A stretch of 64,000 nt of DNA from a virus, in the IMG/VR virus record IMGVR_UViG_3300026484_000053, positions 1-64,000 of that record. One strand, given 5' to 3'. Under the pieces are notes generated by a model that did no database searches, had not been told where the DNA came from, and was given only the letters and a program-made list of their open reading frames with translations. The position numbers and the translations under genes were made by a program. This document shows positions 56,698 through 64,000 of the stretch, piece by piece (the first letter of the stretch is position 1; each line of letters opens with the position of its first letter).

Positions 56698-56917
56698 AGT
56701 TATGATTAGAGATATTTGCCTCTTTGCCTCTTTAAATTTGCTTATATTAAAGAGCTAAATGATGCATTATGTAAAATTTTATTCTACTTTATATTATATT
56801 GTAAAAGTACAGATATAAACTTAATATAATTTACAATAGATATTATAAAAACTATAAAACGTAAGAAAGAAATAAAAGAAGCTCGTGCAAATAAGCGTAT
56901 AAAAACAAAGGATAAAA

Positions 56918-57016
56918 ATGATAAAGATTGAAAGAATATTAAAAAGAGAGAAAGTGTACGACATTACTGTAGAAGATAACCATAATTTTTATGCTAATAA
57001 CATATTGATACATAAT
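56918..57016 (+). mobile_element. split intein C-half (33 aa)
   Basis: VYDITVEDNHNFYANNILIHN followed by Cys+1; own AAAGGA RBS. Confidence 0.92.
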
Positions 57017-58177
57017 TGTACAGAAATATCGGTACCTATCTTTCCATTAAGAGGTATTTCTATCAGAAGAAATATTAAATTCGATACTGCTCAAGACAGA
57101 GAGCTATACTATGAACTTAGAACTAGTGCCTATTTTCACCAAATAGATGAAAAAGAGCTTAATAAGAAAGTTAAGCAAATGGCTACGTTAGTTAAATTCG
57201 TATCGCAAGATATAAATGCTGAAGTAAATGAAAGCGAAGATTATGATTATTTTGACATAACAGGATTAGTTAATTTAAGTGAAATTGGAGTTTGTATACT
57301 TGGTGGAATTAACGTCGGCCATTGTAAAAGCAACAAAAGATTAGAAATAGTATCAGAGTATCTTGTTAGATTACTTGAAGAGCTAATCGATTATATGGTA
57401 TGGGATTTACCAGAAGCAGAAAAAGCTGCTAAAATGAGAAGAACACTTGGTATTGGATTCAGCGATATTTTCCATGATTTAGCTGTTAACAAAAAATTCT
57501 ACAATACAAGAGAAGGTAGACAATTCATAAGTGATAAAATAGAGTTATGCTCATATGCTATGATTAGAACTTCAGTTGAATTAGCCAAGGAAAAAGGCAA
57601 GTGTCAACTATTCAGCGATACGAAGTACGCTAAAGGTATATTACCTGTAGATACGTATAATAAAAACGTTGATGAGTTAGTAGACGTGTCAAAATTAGAT
57701 TGGCAATGGCTTAGAGAACAAGTACTTAAACATGGTATGAGACACAGCACGCTAATGGCAAACGCACCGTTTGGAAGTTCTAGCATTGTATCTAACTCTA
57801 CACCAGGATTAGAACCACCAAGAGGTATTGAAACTACTAAGAAGAAAGTCACTAAGTTGGTGCCTGACATTAAGAGTAGCAGCAAATATTATACTACAGC
57901 TTGGGGAGATGATTTTAATAATAGCGATTATTTTATGTTCGTTGCAGTATTCCAAAAATGGATGGATCAGACTATAAGTACTAACAAATACGTTAACTTA
58001 CTTAAAGAAGAAAATGGTAAAGTTAAAAAATCTACTCTTATTAAAGAAATGCTTGTGGCTTTATATTTTGGTCTGAAAACAGTATATTACTCAAATATTA
58101 GATCTAACGATGCCAAGGATGGAGAAGATCTGGAAGAAGAGAAAGAATCATGCTCTGGTGGTGGTTGTGAAGTATAA
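56918..58177 (+). CDS. nrdA: intein C-half fused to NrdA C-terminal part
   Basis: CTEI, LGGIN, RTLGIG, RHSTLMANAP..SSS, YYSN, C-terminal CSGGGCEV. Confidence 0.92.
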   Translation: MIKIERILKREKVYDITVEDNHNFYANNILIHNCTEISVPIFPLRGISIRRNIKFDTAQDRELYYELRTSAYFHQIDEKELNKKVKQMATLVKFVSQDINAEVNESEDYDYFDITGLVNLSEIGVCILGGINVGHCKSNKRLEIVSEYLVRLLEELIDYMVWDLPEAEKAAKMRRTLGIGFSDIFHDLAVNKKFYNTREGRQFISDKIELCSYAMIRTSVELAKEKGKCQLFSDTKYAKGILPVDTYNKNVDELVDVSKLDWQWLREQVLKHGMRHSTLMANAPFGSSSIVSNSTPGLEPPRGIETTKKKVTKLVPDIKSSSKYYTTAWGDDFNNSDYFMFVAVFQKWMDQTISTNKYVNLLKEENGKVKKSTLIKEMLVALYFGLKTVYYSNIRSNDAKDGEDLEEEKESCSGGGCEV

Positions 58178-58359
58178 TGCTAGAAGATAAAATGAAAAAG
58201 TACGCAATTACTTTAAAAAGTAAAGACGGAGACATATTTGAATATGTTTGCCGTGCTACTAGCGATGGTAAAGCCACTACGTTAGCACTTAAGAAAGTAG
58301 AAGATAATGCATGGACTCATCATAAATATGAAATAGTTCAATTGCAAAGATTAAAATAA
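58177..58359 (+). CDS. hypothetical protein
   Basis: TAATG coupling. Confidence 0.55.
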   Translation: MLEDKMKKYAITLKSKDGDIFEYVCRATSDGKATTLALKKVEDNAWTHHKYEIVQLQRLK

Positions 58360-58368
58360 GGAGAAAAT

Positions 58369-59235
58369 ATGAAGATATTATGCTTAAGCGACTTACATAG
58401 AAAGTACAATACGATAGACTTTACTGACATAGACGTAGACATGATTATAATAGCAGGAGATTGGACTATAACTGAATCATTACAAGACGTTGAAAACATC
58501 AATTTTCTTGAATGGTTAGAGGATCTTGATATTAAACATAAACTCGTAATAGCAGGTAATCATGAATTACTAATAGAATCTGATCCTGAATTATGGCAAA
58601 GACAACTTAAGATAGCTCCTAGCGTGACGTACTTACATAATTCAGGAATTGAAATTGAAGGTATTAAGTTCTGGGGTACACCTGACACACCTTGCTTTTA
58701 TGATTGGGCATTTAACAGAACAGAGCAAGAACTAGAAGAAATTCTAGATGCAGTACCTGAAGATACTAATGTTATTATATCTCATGGACCACCTAAAGGT
58801 ATATTAGATGCAGTATTAGAAGGCAGCCATGTAGGTAGCGACTCTTTAAGAAAGAAATGCTTAGAGTTACCTAATCTTAAAGCTTGCATATTCGGTCATA
58901 TACACGAGTCTAAAGGTGAACAAATTGTACACGGAGTACGTTATATGAACGTGTCGTATGTAGATAGAGGATATAGAGCACTTGAGGAACTACATTATTT
59001 AGAATTAAATAATAACAAAGTCTTATTTGGAGAAATACCTAAAGAAGTACTTGCTTTAATTAAACATTGCGGCAGTACAGAAGACGTAATTAGATCGTTA
59101 ATTACAGAATACGAGATTAAAGACGGATTTATAGATAGTTGCACTTGTATTAAAGATGGCGAAGAATACTTAACCTGGCAAATGATGAATTATAAGCCAT
59201 TAAGCTCGGGTAAATTAATAGACGATAATTTCTAA
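58369..59235 (+). CDS. metallophosphoesterase (MPPED-like)
   Basis: SDLH, AGD, AGNHE, SHGPP, FGHIHE. Confidence 0.88.
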   Translation: MKILCLSDLHRKYNTIDFTDIDVDMIIIAGDWTITESLQDVENINFLEWLEDLDIKHKLVIAGNHELLIESDPELWQRQLKIAPSVTYLHNSGIEIEGIKFWGTPDTPCFYDWAFNRTEQELEEILDAVPEDTNVIISHGPPKGILDAVLEGSHVGSDSLRKKCLELPNLKACIFGHIHESKGEQIVHGVRYMNVSYVDRGYRALEELHYLELNNNKVLFGEIPKEVLALIKHCGSTEDVIRSLITEYEIKDGFIDSCTCIKDGEEYLTWQMMNYKPLSSGKLIDDNF

Positions 59236-59277
59236 GAATTATCGTTGCCCTTTAAATGTTGCATTTAAAGTTGCATT

Positions 59278-59331
59278 TTAATATTACTTTAACATTAATG
59301 TGTTATAATATACTATCTAAAAATAAAGGTA
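59278..59331 (+). repeat. 54-bp promoter cassette identical to 60846-60899
   Basis: Direct comparison. Confidence 0.9.
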
Positions 59332-59343
59332 CAAAGGTATAAC

Positions 59344-59724
59344 ATGAAAAAGATTCCAAAAGCATACGATCCACAAGCAAGAAGAGAAAGACACTTAAAA
59401 AACAAAGAGCACAATAATGCAGTATCTAGACTGTACAGACAAAACAACCCCCATATGATTAAAAAACACGCTGACTTAACGCAAGAACAAAAAGAAAAAC
59501 TGTACTTACAAGTTAAGAAATTTAGGCAAGAACACAACGATGCTGCTATTGAAGTATCTAAACAAGATGGTAAGTATAGAGCTAGATGGTCTTTTAACGA
59601 AGAAGAATTACTAATAGAGCTTATTGCTAATAACAAACAAGAAGACTGTGCATTTATACTTGGTAGATCGATGAGAGCAGTTGAAAATAGACTAGCTATT
59701 CTTAGAAAGTCTAACAGATGCTAA
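59344..59724 (+). CDS. putative DNA-binding protein with Myb/HTH-like C-terminus
   Basis: RWSFNEEELL...LGRSMRAVENRL. Confidence 0.55.
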   Translation: MKKIPKAYDPQARRERHLKNKEHNNAVSRLYRQNNPHMIKKHADLTQEQKEKLYLQVKKFRQEHNDAAIEVSKQDGKYRARWSFNEEELLIELIANNKQEDCAFILGRSMRAVENRLAILRKSNRC

Positions 59725-59948
59725 GTACACGTGAGAAAGACACTGTAGATACTATAGTGCACTTATACGGAATGAAATACGATGACGAAAAAGGTTTTTG
59801 GTCTATTAATTGCGACCGTGTTTCTATTGCAGACTGTAGAGATAATTGCCAAATCAGGAACACTGCTTGTAATGCTATAGACAACATAAACATAGATAGT
59901 GTGCAGCATTATATTAATAAAAAGAACATGGAGAAGCACGGTGTCTAG
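59718..59948 (+). CDS. hypothetical protein
   Basis: Operon position. Confidence 0.5.
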   Translation: MLSTREKDTVDTIVHLYGMKYDDEKGFWSINCDRVSIADCRDNCQIRNTACNAIDNINIDSVQHYINKKNMEKHGV

Positions 59949-60162
59949 TACAGAAACATTAACGTACGAAGATTGGTATCACGAAGAAGGTATAGAACTT
60001 CTGGAAAAAAGACAGACGTTACTAGATGCAGTTAAAACTTATGACAATTCGATGGGTAAATTTACAGAAGGCGTACTAAGATCTGAAGATGAATTTCTTG
60101 AAGGTGCTTACACTGAATATTGCTCAGAGCAATACGAAATGAGAAGAAGAAGTGAGTTATAA
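59899..60162 (+). CDS. hypothetical protein (start probably GTG 59940)
   Basis: GGAG RBS. Confidence 0.5.
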   Translation: MCSIILIKRTWRSTVSSTETLTYEDWYHEEGIELLEKRQTLLDAVKTYDNSMGKFTEGVLRSEDEFLEGAYTEYCSEQYEMRRRSEL

Positions 60163-60832
60163 AACAGAACTAAATAAGTTAATAAACTCTATAGACGAGA
60201 ATACTTGGATTATTTCAGATACTCACTTTAACCATAGCAATATATGTAATTTTGAACCAAATAGACTTAAAAAGATGCTTGAAGATGATTTCGAAGACAC
60301 GGATGATGGGCACAATAAGTGGCTTATTAAGAACTGGAATTCAGTAGTTAAAGAAGATGATTTAGTGTTAATGTTAGGAGATTTTGCTTGGAAAGGCATA
60401 CAAGATATTATACCTGAACTTAATGGGCGAATTATTCTTATACTTGGTAATCACGACAGGAAAGGATCTCAAGTATATAAGGGCTTTACTCACGTTGTAA
60501 GAGGTCAATATTTAATGTTTAATGCTAAATTGTATATTGCCAGTAGTAATGACGAACTAAATAGCTCTATTGTATGTATTATTAATGAACGTACCGTTTT
60601 GTTATCACACTATCCAGCCACAGTAGACGAGCACAGAAAAGACTCACATAGAATTAACAAAAGAGTAGATGATATGATTAGTTTATGTGATGAACACTCA
60701 GTAGAAGTTAACATTCATGGTCATACACATTCTAAATGCATGGACGACAGCAATTTGTATTATAAACTAGTGAACGTAAGTTTAGAAAACCTTAAAGATA
60801 TGAAGCCAGTTAGAATAGGATCTGTATTATAA
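60152..60832 (+). CDS. calcineurin-like phosphoesterase
   Basis: ISDTHFNH, LGDF, LGNHD, LSHYP, HGHTH. Confidence 0.9.
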   Translation: MSYKTELNKLINSIDENTWIISDTHFNHSNICNFEPNRLKKMLEDDFEDTDDGHNKWLIKNWNSVVKEDDLVLMLGDFAWKGIQDIIPELNGRIILILGNHDRKGSQVYKGFTHVVRGQYLMFNAKLYIASSNDELNSSIVCIINERTVLLSHYPATVDEHRKDSHRINKRVDDMISLCDEHSVEVNIHGHTHSKCMDDSNLYYKLVNVSLENLKDMKPVRIGSVL

Positions 60833-60905
60833 TTAATTCTTTAGGTTAATATTACTTTAACATTAATGTGTTATAATATACTATCTAAAAATAAAGGTAA
60901 ACAAT

Positions 60906-61211
60906 ATGACACTATTAGAACAAGTAAAGCAAATGCAAGAACAAAACGAGGCACTTTTAAAGTTCAACAAAGTATTACAACGTGATTATAACAAGATTCG
61001 TTTAAGTAATAATGGTCTAAAGAGAGATATTACACTTAAAGATAATAGAATAGATTCTTATAAAGATAAAATCAAAGAATTACAGCAACAAATCTCGTCG
61101 TTAAAAATAGATCAACAAGACATTAGTGTTAAAGAAGCTCTTAAAGTGTACCAATCGTTAACATTTGAACAAGGTATAGACTTTAGTAATGTAGAGCATT
61201 TAAGATGTTAA
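60906..61211 (+). CDS. coiled-coil hypothetical protein
   Basis: Heptad pattern; follows a promoter cassette. Confidence 0.6.
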   Translation: MTLLEQVKQMQEQNEALLKFNKVLQRDYNKIRLSNNGLKRDITLKDNRIDSYKDKIKELQQQISSLKIDQQDISVKEALKVYQSLTFEQGIDFSNVEHLRC

Positions 61212-61474
61212 TCACAGTTTCAATAGAAGAGCTAAATGAAATACTAATTAATTGTATTGTTAATGACGATACTTGCGACACGTACTTAGATATGTCATTT
61301 CTAGACCTTGGTTATGATAGTATAGATTTACTTGAATTAATGATGAAAATAGAGGAAGAAGCTAACATAGAACTTACTGACGAAAGTGCAGTAATGTACG
61401 CAAGTACACGTGACGATGTTAGAAAGCTAAAGACAGAAATGTCTAAACACTTAAATGCGCGATTAAGCGTATAA
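61205..61474 (+). CDS. acyl carrier protein-like
   Basis: LGYDSIDLLELMMKIEEEANIELTDE matches the ACP phosphopantetheine Ser motif. Confidence 0.7.
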   Translation: MLITVSIEELNEILINCIVNDDTCDTYLDMSFLDLGYDSIDLLELMMKIEEEANIELTDESAVMYASTRDDVRKLKTEMSKHLNARLSV

Positions 61475-61488
61475 TTGAAAGGAATAAA

Positions 61489-61728
61489 ATGAAAGAAAGT
61501 AAAGGTACTAAAGGGATTACCTTAAAAGGAGCTGCTGTAATGATGTTTGGCGGTGGATTCATAGGAGCAGTATTATCAATAATGGGTGTAAGTCTTGGAA
61601 CAAATCCTGTATTGTTTATTATGTTAGACATTCCTCTAGTAGTGATGTTGTACATTGTTAAAGACGATATAATAGAGTTCTTTGAGGGAACACACGACAA
61701 CGAAAACAACAGCAATAGAGAAATATAA
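61489..61728 (+). CDS. small membrane protein
   Basis: Two TM segments. Confidence 0.55.
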   Translation: MKESKGTKGITLKGAAVMMFGGGFIGAVLSIMGVSLGTNPVLFIMLDIPLVVMLYIVKDDIIEFFEGTHDNENNSNREI

Positions 61729-61746
61729 AAATATAGAGGAAAATAG

Positions 61747-62445
61747 ATGGAAATCAAACAAGAAACAAATAAAAACAAAACGACAGTACAAATGCTAAAT
61801 TATACGCCACTTTGGGTATGTAGTGACGCTATTAGAGAATGCTGGGCAAGTGGAGACCTAAGCGATACTACGAATGGTGTTGTAGGACAAAAAGATAAAG
61901 AACTTATTGCTAGAGTTGGCGTTAAATTTAAGCATGCTTCTACTATGGAACATCTTGCTTACAACTACAGATTAGACGGCATTAGTAGAGCACTTCTTCA
62001 AGAACTAGCACGTCATAGAATGGCAAGTCCTAGTGTAAAATCTACAAGATATACTTTAAAAGAACTTAAGACAGAGGAACCGTTTATTACTAACAGAGGT
62101 GTATATGATGGTGTTTATAAAGAAGGAGATTATAACTTTGAAAGAGCAGAAAAATATCTTGTTTTTACTGCAGACACTTATGTTGACATGGCAAGTATCG
62201 ATGCGCTTGAAAAGTTAAGAACTATTATCTTTCATGGTATAACTAATGACAGAGCAAAGTTTTGTATGCCTGAAGCGTATAGAACGTCTTTAGCTTTCAC
62301 TATTAATGCTAGGTCTTTAAGAAATTTCTTAAGTTTAAGAACTAGTAAAGCAGCACTTTGGGAGATAAGAGAATTAGCTCAAACTATGTTTAATGTACTA
62401 CCTGAAGAGCATAAGTATTTGTTTGAAGACTGTGTTGAAGTGTAG
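61747..62445 (+). CDS. thyX: flavin-dependent thymidylate synthase
   Basis: HASTMEH, ISRALLQELARHRMAS.SVKSTRY, TINARSLRNF.SLR...ALWEIR. Confidence 0.95.
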   Translation: MEIKQETNKNKTTVQMLNYTPLWVCSDAIRECWASGDLSDTTNGVVGQKDKELIARVGVKFKHASTMEHLAYNYRLDGISRALLQELARHRMASPSVKSTRYTLKELKTEEPFITNRGVYDGVYKEGDYNFERAEKYLVFTADTYVDMASIDALEKLRTIIFHGITNDRAKFCMPEAYRTSLAFTINARSLRNFLSLRTSKAALWEIRELAQTMFNVLPEEHKYLFEDCVEV

Positions 62446-62451
62446 AAAGAA

Positions 62452-62492
62452 GGTGATGAATACGCGACTCTTATTACAGCGTATTCATCACC
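62452..62492. terminator. 14-bp stem hairpin after thyX
   Basis: GGTGATGAATACGC-N13-GCGTATTCATCACC. Confidence 0.6.
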
Positions 62493-62515
62493 AGAAATAA
62501 CGATTAATCCAAAAC

Positions 62516-62548
62516 TTTAATACACTTTTAATACTAATATGTTATAAT
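62516..62548 (+). promoter_or_regulatory. early promoter
   Basis: TTTAA-N6-TTTAA...ATGTTATAAT. Confidence 0.7.
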
Positions 62549-62588
62549 ATACTATCAATTAAATACATAAACATATAAAGGTTATATT

Positions 62589-62948
62589 ATGACAAACGAA
62601 CAAAAAATAGCACTTGGATTAGTTAAAAAATTAGATGAAGCTGTAGATGTTGTACATACTACGTCTTACATTAATAAACGCGTATCTAAACATATAGACT
62701 TAGATTTTTCGCAAACGAACGTGTCAAAAGAAATCGTTAATTACGCTTTTGAGCTAGTTAAAAGCTACGATTTATACACAGGAGCTATTGATGACGGTGC
62801 TCAATGTAGAGACGCTAATAGACGAAATAAAATAACATTAAAAGAATTAAAGAATATAGGTGTAAAAACTATTATTTGGAAAGATTATACTCCTATAATG
62901 AGTACACGTATTTTTGATAAGATACTTAACTTAGATGAGATATCTTAA
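62589..62948 (+). CDS. hypothetical protein
   Basis: Follows promoter and RBS. Confidence 0.6.
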   Translation: MTNEQKIALGLVKKLDEAVDVVHTTSYINKRVSKHIDLDFSQTNVSKEIVNYAFELVKSYDLYTGAIDDGAQCRDANRRNKITLKELKNIGVKTIIWKDYTPIMSTRIFDKILNLDEIS

Positions 62949-62989
62949 GTGCGCAGAAATACTAGACTTGATAGGAAAGGAATAAATAT

Positions 62990-63241
62990 ATGCTAGTCAA
63001 ACCAATAAATTCAACAGTACAAGAAATAATGCCAGGAGTATTAAGTGTTAATCTTACAAAGCAGGAGATAACTAAATTAAAAGTATATCTAAGAGAAGAT
63101 ATACAGCATACTTTATTTAGCGCTATACCAGAAATATATAAGACTGTACACAGTAACTTTCACAAGTGTCATCAAATATTAGTTTTACCGTACAATGAGA
63201 ACGGTACAGAAAAATTAATCATACAACGTGTAAAAGCGTAA
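62990..63241 (+). CDS. hypothetical protein
   Basis: AAGGA RBS. Confidence 0.55.
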   Translation: MLVKPINSTVQEIMPGVLSVNLTKQEITKLKVYLREDIQHTLFSAIPEIYKTVHSNFHKCHQILVLPYNENGTEKLIIQRVKA

Positions 63242-63463
63242 AAGCGTAAAAGTGTAAAACAATAAAGGAATGGGCATGGGATAACTATAATCTTAATATA
63301 ATAGATGGTATTTCTAGTCGTGGAATATATGTTAGCATTATAGAAGAAGACTTTGCAAATCTTCAATCATTTACAAATAAATCAAGAGTAGAACCAAGAG
63401 CTGAAACAATATTTGAAGCTTGTCAATGGATATTAGACAACAAAGGAAACAAAGGAAAAAAAC

Positions 63464-63868
63464 ATGGATTATAACAATGTAAGCAATGTAAGCAAGGTAA
63501 CTAAGGTAAGTAAGGTAAGCAAAATACGTAGCGTATTTAATGCAAGTAATATAAGTGCTGTTATACTAAGGGAAGATATACGTATGAACGCCAATCGAGT
63601 GTTCCGTATAACAGCTGATACTATGAAGCTACCATCTAAACACTATGATTGTAGATTTGTTATGAATATGCACTTTTTAGACGAGATTGAAAAGAGTCTT
63701 ATAAAAGACGGTCATACATTCTCGTGGATAAAAGAACAGAGCACGTTTGTAGGTATATATGTATATCCGATGATTAAATCAGAGTACGACAAGTTAAAGT
63801 ATGTACAAGATTGCATGACTCTTGAAGAGTATTCTAAAGATAGAACAGAGCTTCATTTAAAAAAGTAA
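63464..63868 (+). CDS. hypothetical protein
   Basis: AAAGGA RBS; VSK stutter. Confidence 0.6.
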   Translation: MDYNNVSNVSKVTKVSKVSKIRSVFNASNISAVILREDIRMNANRVFRITADTMKLPSKHYDCRFVMNMHFLDEIEKSLIKDGHTFSWIKEQSTFVGIYVYPMIKSEYDKLKYVQDCMTLEEYSKDRTELHLKK

Positions 63869-64000
63869 GCCTTACTTGGCCTCTAAGCCTTACTTGGCCT
63901 GTAATTGCTTAAGTAGATCCTGAGGACTGCCTATAAAGACGTTATTAGTTACGTTGTTAGGCTGATCTGTCTTTATATCAGTAGTATTAAGCATTTTTAC

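Noticed and set aside
56698-56917. Group I intron or homing endonuclease in nrdA
   Set aside because: The gap is short and AT-rich with no endonuclease ORF; the flanks carry complete split-intein motifs and the second half has its own RBS.
63250-63473. Small gene KTIKEWAWDNY... between 63241 and 63464
   Set aside because: The frame is open but lacks an in-frame start; possibly damaged by the adjacent stutter repeat, and too weak to call.

Overview
This 64 kb window is part of a large, AT-rich T4-like (myovirus/jumbo) phage genome read in the standard genetic code, with almost all real genes on the + strand. It carries T4-type replication, recombination and late-transcription genes (UvsW, gp55, gp47/46, gp33, gp59, gp44, two gp62-like paralogs, gp32, RNase H, gp61), nucleotide metabolism genes (NrdB, NrdA split by a naturally split intein, ThyX, dCMP deaminase, dNMP kinase, MazG-like), and many host-like genes (SmpB, SspB-like, ClpX, ClpP, CCA-adding-type enzyme, Rnl2, Sir2, Nudix, cytochrome c553, ACP-like). 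A Campylobacterota host is inferred from periodic TTTAA plus extended -10 promoters, AAGGA ribosome-binding sites and the c553-type cytochrome. Main finding: a T4 gp42-like dCMP hydroxymethylase and a T4 beta-glucosyltransferase homolog occur with a complete phage-encoded dTDP-3-acetamido-3,6-dideoxyhexose pathway (RmlA, RmlB, FdtA-like, WxcM-type acetyltransferase, FdtB-like); the aminotransferase is translationally coupled to the transferase. This predicts DNA cytosines hypermodified with Fuc3NAc or Qui3NAc instead of glucose. Other notable items: four dispersed paralogs of a 21-aa repeat protein with 5, 12, 14 and 8 shuffled repeats; repeated promoter cassettes bracketing gene modules; a shared acidic-Trp C-terminal tail on clamp-associated and DNA-modifying proteins; and pervasive short tandem stutters at gene ends. 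All family calls come from motif recognition and recalled reference sequences; no database searches were run.
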